DNA from: Acidobacteriota bacterium
GTDB lineage: Bacteria; Acidobacteriota; Vicinamibacteria; Vicinamibacterales; UBA2999
DNA length: 36,512 nt
Direction of reading: 5' to 3'
NCBI GenBank assembly: GCA_021731095.1
Contig: JAKFYA010000236.1
Span: forward strand, 1 to 36,512
Made by a program: the position numbers and the translations under genes. The notes under the pieces are model-generated. The model did no database searches, was not told the DNA's origin, and saw only the letters and a list, made by a program, of their open reading frames with translations. Position 1 is the stretch's first letter. Each line of letters begins with the position of its first letter. Shown in pieces: positions 1 to 7,280 of the stretch.

Positions 1-2
1 GG

Positions 3-1010
3 GAGGCCGAGAGCAACCGCCAGGTCTACGAGTCACTCCTGCAGCGCGAGAAGGAACTCCGCGTCGTCAGTAACAGCCGTGCCAACAACGTTCGGCTCCT
101 CGACCGGGCGCAGGTTCCTGGTGGGCCGTTCACGCCTGACATTCCCCGCGCGTGGATGATGGCGATGCTGTTCGGTCTCGGCCTCGGCGCTGCGGCCGCA
201 TTCGCCATCGACTATCTGGACGATACGGTCAAGACACCGGAAGACGTGACCTGGCGACTGAAGCTGGGGTTCCTTGGCCTCGTTCCCAAGGTACGGGGTG
301 ACAGACACCCGTTGTTGTCAGGCCCGGTGCCCCACGACTTCGGCGAATCTTTCAGAGCACTGCGCACGGCCCTCGTGATGAGCAGTCCTGGCCGCGGCAC
401 GCGAGTCATTGCCGTCACCAGCACGCAGCCGCTCGAGGGCAAGACCACGACGGCCGCCAACCTGGCCCTGGCGCTGGCGATCGGCGGTTCCCGGGTGCTG
501 CTGATCGATGCTGACATGCGCCGGCCAAGCCTGCACAAGGCCCTGCGCATGCCCAACGACAAGGGCCTGTCGCACCTCCTGACCGGCCAGGCGAAGATGC
601 GCGAGGTGGTCCACCGCTCCTCGGACCCGAACCTGCTGGTCATCACCGCGGGCGCCACCCCGCCCAATCCGTCGGAGCTGCTCGCCTCGGACGGCATGCG
701 CGGGTTCATCCAGCAGTTGTCGGTTGGTCCCTTCGACTGGGTGATCATCGACACGCCACCGGTGCTGGCCGTCACGGATTCGGTGATCCTGGCACCACTG
801 GTCAACAGCATGATCTACGTCATCGGCTCCGAGATGACACGCTGGAGACTCGCCGAGCGTGCACTGGCCACGCTTCAGGGTGGCAACCCCAAGTCGATCA
901 ATGCGGTCCTGAACCGGGTGGACTTCGATCGCAACCGCTATTACTACACCCGGTACTACGGCCAGAACTTCAAGAGCTACTACGCTGAGAGCAAGTCGGC
1001 GGCAAGCTAG
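3..1010 (+). CDS. wzc: Polysaccharide co-polymerase / BY-kinase (Wzc/GumC-CapB type), 5'-truncated by the window edge
   Basis: Frame is open from nt 3 (EAESNRQVYESLLQREKEL...) through a TM helix. Walker A STQPLEGKTT, A' LLIDADMRRP, Walker B VIIDTPP, C-terminal Tyr cluster RYYYTRYYGQNFKSYY. Confidence 0.93.
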   Translation, partial: EAESNRQVYESLLQREKELRVVSNSRANNVRLLDRAQVPGGPFTPDIPRAWMMAMLFGLGLGAAAAFAIDYLDDTVKTPEDVTWRLKLGFLGLVPKVRGDRHPLLSGPVPHDFGESFRALRTALVMSSPGRGTRVIAVTSTQPLEGKTTTAANLALALAIGGSRVLLIDADMRRPSLHKALRMPNDKGLSHLLTGQAKMREVVHRSSDPNLLVITAGATPPNPSELLASDGMRGFIQQLSVGPFDWVIIDTPPVLAVTDSVILAPLVNSMIYVIGSEMTRWRLAERALATLQGGNPKSINAVLNRVDFDRNRYYYTRYYGQNFKSYYAESKSAAS

Positions 1011-1050
1011 TTCGCGCAGCCTGACCCTCAGGGCGTCCCTGGCCGCCGGC

Positions 1051-2394
1051 GTGCCGATTCTGGCACTGGCCGCGCTGGGTGGTGCGTACTCCTCCTCGGT
1101 GCTCCCCCTCCTGGCGGCGGCCGCTGTCCTCTTCTTCGCAGGCGGCGGTGCCATCGCTTCCACCCGGGAGACCCGCCTCCTCGACGTCGCCCTCGTGCTG
1201 CTGGTTGTGGCCATGGGCCTGCAGATCCTTCCCCTCCCCTGGTCGTTCATCTCGTCGCTTTCGCCTCGCACGTTCGAGGTCATGGCCTCGCTGACGATGC
1301 TTGATCCGTCAGCCCCGGGTACGCTGAGCATCCGACCCGCCGTCAGTCGCGAGACCCTGATCTCGGCACTCTCTGTGGTGCTGGTGTTCTGGGGAGCGCG
1401 TGGGGTCTTTGACAACGGTGGCCTGCGGCCGGCGGTCAGGCTGCTGTCCTGGGCCGGCCTGGTCGCCGCGCTGGTCGGTCTGGCCCAGCGCGCCACCTCG
1501 CCCATGTTGCTGCTCTGGACCTGGAAGCCGCTGGACCCTGGCGGCAGACCATTCGGCCCATTCGTCAACAGGAATCACTTCGCCTTCTGGTTGCTGCTGG
1601 CGGGAGCTGTGGCGGCGGGCGCCGCCATTTCCCACATCCACGCGCATGGCCTGCTGCGTCGGCGCGCGCTGCGCGACCGGTTCGTGGACCTGCTCGCCGA
1701 CGGTACGGGCGTGATGCTCCTGGGGTCGGCCGCGCTCATGTGGCTGACACTGATTGCCTCAACCTCCAGGGGCGCCATTCTCGGCATGGCCGTGACCTGC
1801 CTGATTGCGCTGGTCATGGCGGGCCGGCGCATCCATTCACGCGCGGCCTTCCGGACCATGATCGTCCTGGTCGTGGCCCTGCTGTCCTGGGGGGTCTGGG
1901 CCAACATTCAGGCGCTGGCCAGCCGGCTGGATCTGAACAGTGGAGACGTCCCGCGCGTTGCCGTCTGGACAGACACCCTGCCGGTCATCTCGGCATTCGC
2001 AGTGACAGGAACTGGCGCCGGCACCTTCGCCGACGCGATGGTCCGCTTCCAGCAACACGAACGTCGCGTGCTGTTCAGCGAGGCTCAGAGCGAGTATCTG
2101 CAGTTGATGGCAGAAGGCGGGCTGCTGCTGGCAGTTCCGGTGCTGGTCGCCCTGCTGGCCTGGTTGCGGCTGTCTCTGATGCGCCTGAAAGCCAGCAGTC
2201 CCGGCTCGACCTGGATCAGACTGGGCGCGCTGGCAGGGCTGTCTGGAGCCGCCGTGCAGTGCCTCTGGGATTCGGCGCTGCGCATGCCGGCCAACGCGAT
2301 GCTGGTGGCCCTGCTCGCGGCCATCGCCGTCCACCAGCGCACGGATGGCGCCGGTTCAGCTGAGGGAAACGGGCGCGGCCCCGAACTCCACTGA
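1051..2394 (+). CDS. O-antigen ligase (Wzy_C/WaaL-like) family membrane protein
   Basis: Many hydrophobic helices; motifs GPFVNRNHFA, STSRGAILG, R..VW, GTGAGTF, AQSEYLQLMAEGG. Exact start uncertain. Confidence 0.85.
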   Translation: MPILALAALGGAYSSSVLPLLAAAAVLFFAGGGAIASTRETRLLDVALVLLVVAMGLQILPLPWSFISSLSPRTFEVMASLTMLDPSAPGTLSIRPAVSRETLISALSVVLVFWGARGVFDNGGLRPAVRLLSWAGLVAALVGLAQRATSPMLLLWTWKPLDPGGRPFGPFVNRNHFAFWLLLAGAVAAGAAISHIHAHGLLRRRALRDRFVDLLADGTGVMLLGSAALMWLTLIASTSRGAILGMAVTCLIALVMAGRRIHSRAAFRTMIVLVVALLSWGVWANIQALASRLDLNSGDVPRVAVWTDTLPVISAFAVTGTGAGTFADAMVRFQQHERRVLFSEAQSEYLQLMAEGGLLLAVPVLVALLAWLRLSLMRLKASSPGSTWIRLGALAGLSGAAVQCLWDSALRMPANAMLVALLAAIAVHQRTDGAGSAEGNGRGPELH

Positions 2395-3816
2395 GGCACA
2401 GGCCTGATAGAAGTCTGCCGGGATGCCGCGCGCCGGGCAGAACCGGTCCAGGAACCACGTCACCCGCTCGGCCAGCGCCGCTCCGGCTGGCCATGTCGGC
2501 ACCTGCTCCAGCCACGCGTCAAACACCTCTGACGGCCGTACGCCCTTCTCGCGACAGAGCATCCGGAAGGTCTTGCGATCGCCGATCTCCCGGAGGGCCG
2601 CTTCCAGTCTGAACCCATAGGCCACCTCATCTGGCGACATGGACAGATGGGACTCCACGAAGTAGGGCGGCTCGTGACTGAAACGCAGTCCCATCGCCTC
2701 CGCCTTGCGCCAGAGCTCGGTGCCTGGCAGGACCATCAGGGGAAACACGGCCAGTTCTGGCGGGTCCAGCGTCACGGCAAAGTCGAGCGAGCGGTGGAAC
2801 GAGGCGACGGTCTCTCCTGGAAGTCCATAGATCAGCTGGAGTTCGAAGGCGAGGCCATGCGCCTTCAGGAAGCCGATGCCATCGAGAAACTTCTGCATCT
2901 TCAGGCGGCGTTCGACCGTCGCCAGCACGTCCGCGTCCGTCGTCTGCAGGCCGACTTCCAGAAACGACACGTTGGCCTCGCGCATCAGGGCGGCAAGTTC
3001 GTCATCGATGAACTCGGCCCACACCTCCGCATGCACGGCAATGCGGCGGGGGTTGTGCGCGGCAATGAGCCGGCAAATCGCCTTCGCCCGGTCGGCGTAG
3101 AGATTGAACACCGGGTCCATGAGGTACAGCTCGTCGATATCGCGTTGCAGCCAGAACAGGATCTCGCGCTCCACGCGCGCCAGATCGAACCGCCGGTTCC
3201 GGACCGACAGGTCCTTGTTGTAGAAGCAGAAGTTGCAGCGGAACACGCATCCGCGTTGCGTCTCGATGCACACCACGCGACCAGGCCGGTCAGCATAGGC
3301 GTCGGTATGCGGGGACGGCAGCTCGTTGATGTCCCGCAGGAGTGGGGCCTCAGCATTCTCGATGATGCGGTCGGCCTGGCGATACGCGATGCCAGCCACC
3401 TCGTCGAGTGTGCGTCCGTCCCGCGCGCAGGCCACGACCTCCGCGAACGGCAGCTCGCCCTCACTGCACACCACCACGTCGACGAACGGGTTCGCGGTGA
3501 GCACGGCGGCCGCCACGGGTCCCACCTCAGGCCCGCCAAGGACCAGCAGCACATCGGGCCGAGCCGCCCGGATCAATCTGGCCGCGGCCATCAAGGTCCG
3601 CACATTCCAGACATAGCAGGACAGGCCCACCACGGCCGGCCCGGTAGACAGGATGCGGGCAGCGATGACCTCAGGTGCCGCCTCCTGGTCGAACTCCGCC
3701 AGGTCAATCTCACTGAGGGCATGCCCCGCTCGCTCCACGAGATAGGCCCTGAGGTACAGCAGCGCCAGCGGTATGAAGGACGGGTTCTTGTGAACGGTCG
3801 CCAGGCAGATCTTCAC
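2356..3816 (-). CDS. Cobalamin (B12)-binding radical SAM enzyme, candidate class B C-methyltransferase (486 aa)
   Basis: N-terminal B12-binding domain (PLALLYL, VVGLSCYVWN, LGGPEV, EGE), CxxxCxxC in TQRGCVFRCNFC, and IYGLPGET. GTG start at 3816 overlaps the upstream TGA (GTGA), so the ORF-track start at 3939 is probably too long. Confidence 0.9.
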   Translation of the reverse strand: MKICLATVHKNPSFIPLALLYLRAYLVERAGHALSEIDLAEFDQEAAPEVIAARILSTGPAVVGLSCYVWNVRTLMAAARLIRAARPDVLLVLGGPEVGPVAAAVLTANPFVDVVVCSEGELPFAEVVACARDGRTLDEVAGIAYRQADRIIENAEAPLLRDINELPSPHTDAYADRPGRVVCIETQRGCVFRCNFCFYNKDLSVRNRRFDLARVEREILFWLQRDIDELYLMDPVFNLYADRAKAICRLIAAHNPRRIAVHAEVWAEFIDDELAALMREANVSFLEVGLQTTDADVLATVERRLKMQKFLDGIGFLKAHGLAFELQLIYGLPGETVASFHRSLDFAVTLDPPELAVFPLMVLPGTELWRKAEAMGLRFSHEPPYFVESHLSMSPDEVAYGFRLEAALREIGDRKTFRMLCREKGVRPSEVFDAWLEQVPTWPAGAALAERVTWFLDRFCPARGIPADFYQACASVEFGAAPVSLS

Positions 3817-4796
3817 AGGCCGTTTCCCTCGAGACCGATCCCGTGCGCGGACGGCTCGGCTCCCCAGAAGGTGGACTGGTCCGTGGCCGCATGGCGAAGG
3901 CCACCCTGGGCATCCTCGATGCTGACCCGCCACCGCCAATGGATGCTGTCAAACCCGGTCATCTGCAGGCGGACGACATCCCCTGTCCCGACCGGGACAG
4001 CCGCAGGTAGCGGAAAGAAACCCTGCCGGTACTGCGTGCTGTTGTCAGACGGGCTGTTGCCGATGACGATGCCGTCTTCAAGGGTCGCCGAGAACCAGAT
4101 AGCCACCCCGTGCAACGAGCCGGCCCGTTCCATCGCCCACCGCACCTCCGCGTCGAATCCGTACCGGGCAAGCGCGTCGAGCCTGAATGTGGCCACCGCC
4201 ACAGGGCCGGCGAGCGACTCCGCCGGTGCCAACCAGACGGGATACCAGTTGTGGGTAGCCATGCCGCGGAAGCAGGACATGTCAACGCCTTCTCGCGGCG
4301 CATCCCAGCAGGTCACCGCGTCCGCATGCAGGCGCGCGGACTCGACCGGCGCTGCGTGGAGAACCACCAGGTCCGGCATGACCCGCCCGCCCGGGTTGAG
4401 AAAGCGCGTCACGGCGTCGCTGACGCACCGGAGGCCGTCCTTCTGAAGTCCGCAACAGTCGTACGTGTCCGTGACGATAAGGTCCACAGGCTCTGGTAGT
4501 GTGACCTGATCGGACGCCCCCTGGACCAGCACGACACGGTCTGCCACACCGTTCGCCTCGGCCAGCCGACGCACGAGGCCTGCCATGGGATGCGCCTCGA
4601 CCGCATAGACACGCCTGGCGCCTGCGCGCGCCGCCAGGACCGACAACACGCCACTCCCCGCCCCAAGGTCGAGCACGACCATGCCAGGCACGACAGCACT
4701 GGCCAGGGCTGTCGCGTAGCGCGTCAGTCGCTCACCGGTGCCGGCGAGGAGAAACCGCTGCTGCTGGAGAAACTCCGCCGACTCGGGGAATTGCAT
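3813..4796 (-). CDS. SAM-dependent methyltransferase with protein arginine methyltransferase (PRMT)-like architecture
   Basis: Motif I VVLDLGAGSGVLS, RVYAVEA, EPVDLIVTD, RFLNPGG, then a PRMT beta-barrel-like region LHGVAIWFSATL...SPSDNSTQYRQ at the THW-loop position. Confidence 0.85.
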   Translation of the reverse strand: MQFPESAEFLQQQRFLLAGTGERLTRYATALASAVVPGMVVLDLGAGSGVLSVLAARAGARRVYAVEAHPMAGLVRRLAEANGVADRVVLVQGASDQVTLPEPVDLIVTDTYDCCGLQKDGLRCVSDAVTRFLNPGGRVMPDLVVLHAAPVESARLHADAVTCWDAPREGVDMSCFRGMATHNWYPVWLAPAESLAGPVAVATFRLDALARYGFDAEVRWAMERAGSLHGVAIWFSATLEDGIVIGNSPSDNSTQYRQGFFPLPAAVPVGTGDVVRLQMTGFDSIHWRWRVSIEDAQGGLRHAATDQSTFWGAEPSAHGIGLEGNGL

Positions 4797-4808
4797 GGTG
4801 GCGAGGTC

Positions 4809-5435
4809 CTACAGGCCGTCGCGAAGGATGTCGAGAAAGGCGGGCTCGGACCGGAACCACCCTACGAAGGCCAGTTTCTCGACGGCGCCCGCGATGGGCG
4901 TGACCTGATGCTCAAGGGACTCATCGATACGGAACAGGAGTGCATCTCCTTCCCCGGTGTTGGCCACGTCATCAAGCACGGATCCAGACATCGCACTTCG
5001 CAGGCGGAACACGCCGCCCTCGTACGGGTGGTCTCCCAGATTGATGCTCATGCCGATCAAGCGGTGGTCCACGGCATCGTTGTGCCAGGACACATGGTGC
5101 GCGCCGCCCGGCAACATCCGGTACACCCGTCCCGTGAAGCAGCCAATGGCGCCGCAACCGGTGAGGTTCTGGATGCCGGCATAGACGACAGGGTCGTTCA
5201 CGAGAAAATGCAGGAGACTCACGGTGCCGTCGGCCTCGAGACACTGCTCGGTTCCGAGCCCCTCATGGTCCCGCTCGAGGAAGGTCCCCTGGTCCAGTCG
5301 CTGACGTATCGTCAGGCACAAGTCTGGCGACAGCACACCAGGTACCACCGCGCAGTTCGTGCGGGCAAACTGGTCGCGAACGCTGGACAGCTCATCAACA
5401 GGCCAGAACAGCCGAGACGTCAACGGCCCGGTCAT
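4809..5435 (-). CDS. Fe(II)/2-oxoglutarate oxygenase, prolyl-4-hydroxylase-like family, copy 2 (208 aa)
   Basis: WHND (HxD), INL...YEGG.F, GDALLF, EHQV (distal His), KLAFVGWF. ATG at 5435 is 2 nt after the upstream stop. Confidence 0.85.
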   Translation of the reverse strand: MTGPLTSRLFWPVDELSSVRDQFARTNCAVVPGVLSPDLCLTIRQRLDQGTFLERDHEGLGTEQCLEADGTVSLLHFLVNDPVVYAGIQNLTGCGAIGCFTGRVYRMLPGGAHHVSWHNDAVDHRLIGMSINLGDHPYEGGVFRLRSAMSGSVLDDVANTGEGDALLFRIDESLEHQVTPIAGAVEKLAFVGWFRSEPAFLDILRDGL

Positions 5436-5437
5436 TG

Positions 5438-6109
5438 TCAAACCCCCGCCCTGGCGCGAGCCAGGCCGACTTCCTCGGACCCAAACTCTTCGAGCAGTGA
5501 GACGAGAGACAGATCCGATACGAACCACCCTGCGAAGGTGGTACGCGGGACAGTGCCTGTGACCTCCGTGGCCCGATGCTCAAGGCCAGAGGCAATGCGG
5601 AACAGGACCGCATCTCCAAGGCCGGTATTCGCGATATCACACAGCAATCGCTGTCGCGGATCATCCAACAACTGGAAGTGCCCGCCTTCGTAGATGTCGA
5701 CGCTGAGGTTGAGGCTCACGCCAATGCGGCGCCCCTGCACGTTGTCCGAGTGCCACGAATCAAAGTGTCCGGCTCCCGGGACAAACCTGAACACACGCCC
5801 ACGAAAGCCTGACAGCGGCTCACAGCCGGTCAGTTCCTCGACGAGACGCAGCAACGCCGGGTCGTTGAAGGCGAAGTGCAGCAGGCTCAGGGCCGGATTC
5901 GGCATCATGGCGTGATCCGCCGCGATGTCGTGATGCTTCTCGTCAAAGAACGCCGACTCCGTCACATGCCTGAGCGCAAACGCCAACAGGTCGTCAGACA
6001 GCACCTGGCGAAGGTGCACGTAACGGTGTTCCGAAAACTGTGCTGACAGCGTGCGTCGTTCAGAGTCCGGCAACGGCGCAGCCAGGCCGTGTGGTGTCAG
6101 TTGCAGCAT
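5438..6109 (-). CDS. Fe(II)/2-oxoglutarate oxygenase, prolyl-4-hydroxylase-like family, copy 1 (223 aa)
   Basis: WHSD, LNL...YEGGHF, GDAVLF, EHRA, RTTFAGWF. ATG at 6109 overlaps the end of the kinase gene; a TTG at 6118 is an alternative start. Confidence 0.87.
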   Translation of the reverse strand: MLQLTPHGLAAPLPDSERRTLSAQFSEHRYVHLRQVLSDDLLAFALRHVTESAFFDEKHHDIAADHAMMPNPALSLLHFAFNDPALLRLVEELTGCEPLSGFRGRVFRFVPGAGHFDSWHSDNVQGRRIGVSLNLSVDIYEGGHFQLLDDPRQRLLCDIANTGLGDAVLFRIASGLEHRATEVTGTVPRTTFAGWFVSDLSLVSLLEEFGSEEVGLARARAGV

Positions 6110-7116
6110 GGGGGGCAAGTAGACAGGTCGGACAGGACTGCGTCACGCACCGTCGCAAGGAGGGGAAGCCGTCGAGGATAGGACAACCGCCTGACCGGTA
6201 TGCTCCCCGCCAGGTTCGTGACAAAGGCAAACTGCCGGGACAGACGTTCTGCGGTGGCCACGCGCCCATTGAAGGTATTGGCAATCAGCGCCAGGCACGC
6301 CTGGCGCAATGGCAAGTGGCGGATCCGAACCTGCGCATGGGCTTGCGCACGAGCCTCTGAACGACGCGCTTCGCCGATGACATAAATGGCCCGAAGCGGT
6401 ACAGCCGTCAGCGCCTGCTCACCATCCACCATGGGCATGGCCAGCTTGGGGGCCAGCAAGGGCATCGTGATGCCGGCCGGACGCCCCTGTCGCAATCGGG
6501 TCGCCATGCGGCGCATGAGCTTGATGCGTGGTGGCCCCAGGTGGGCCATCAGGGCTGTACCCTGGCGGGTGACGACCAGCTGGTCATCAGTGACCAGGTG
6601 ATACCCCGCCTGCACGAACGCAGCAGCCAGGCTGGATTTGCCGCGCCCTGATGGACCGAGGAACGCCACGCCCTGCCCGTTGATGGACACGACGCTTGCA
6701 TGAAGCGGTTCGAGACCCTGCTGGACCAAGGCGTAAGAGAGTGCGGGTCCGAGCATAAGGGCTTCGAACAGTTCCAGACCTGTCCGTCCCCCACGACGCC
6801 CAATGATGCGCGCGCCATCCCCGGTGACCAGGAACTCGATGGAGCGCCCCCAACGGAGATAGGACCCGCCATCATCAAGGGCGGCCCGTTCGAACCAGGA
6901 GGAGTGACGGGTGCGCGGCAGGAGGGCCGCAGAGGCAAACAGGCCATCATGGACAGATGTCGTCCCATCTTCAAGGGAGACGTCCCAGGACGGGGCGTAT
7001 GCGGATGACACGGGAGCAAACGGCAGGCGCCACGCGCTCGACAGGCGAACTGAAAAGAGATCGTATAGGTAGCGAGGCCCCTGGCCTGTGCCTCCCACCG
7101 CTGCGACCGGGGACAT
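6097..7116 (-). CDS. HPr kinase-like P-loop kinase, putative lasso-peptide kinase
   Basis: LHASVV...AFLGPSGRGKSSLAA...LVTDD, the His / Walker A / DD signature of HPrK-like kinases. ATG overlaps the precursor stop (TGATG). Confidence 0.88.
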   Translation of the reverse strand: MSPVAAVGGTGQGPRYLYDLFSVRLSSAWRLPFAPVSSAYAPSWDVSLEDGTTSVHDGLFASAALLPRTRHSSWFERAALDDGGSYLRWGRSIEFLVTGDGARIIGRRGGRTGLELFEALMLGPALSYALVQQGLEPLHASVVSINGQGVAFLGPSGRGKSSLAAAFVQAGYHLVTDDQLVVTRQGTALMAHLGPPRIKLMRRMATRLRQGRPAGITMPLLAPKLAMPMVDGEQALTAVPLRAIYVIGEARRSEARAQAHAQVRIRHLPLRQACLALIANTFNGRVATAERLSRQFAFVTNLAGSIPVRRLSYPRRLPLLATVRDAVLSDLSTCPPCCN

Positions 7117-7280
7117 CAGGACTTGGTGGTCTTCCGGATCCCGTCGCTCTTCTTGCCGCCCTTTGCCAGCGCCAGATGGCGCAGGTCTCCGTAGACCGTC
7201 AGCTTCGGCGTCCTGTAGGCCTTGCGCGACGTCTCGCCCTGGTCTCTCGATTCTGAATCAGACGATGACACGTTCTTCAT
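7116..7280 (-). CDS. Lasso peptide precursor, 54 aa: MKNVSSSDSESRDQGETSRKAYRTPKLTVYGDLRHLALAKGGKKSDGIRKTTKS
   Basis: Manually translated (below the 60-aa ORF cutoff). Leader motif YRTPKLTVYGDL fits YxxPxLxxxG. ATG overlaps the cyclase stop (ATGA), its TGA overlaps the kinase ATG, and AGGAG lies 8 nt upstream. It fills the gap exactly. Confidence 0.92.
   Translation of the reverse strand: MKNVSSSDSESRDQGETSRKAYRTPKLTVYGDLRHLALAKGGKKSDGIRKTTKS

Noticed and set aside
7119-7160. Alternative core starting at Gly41 (GGKKSD...)
   Set aside because: It would put Asp at position 6, below the known 7-9 residue ring size, and breaks the leader spacing.
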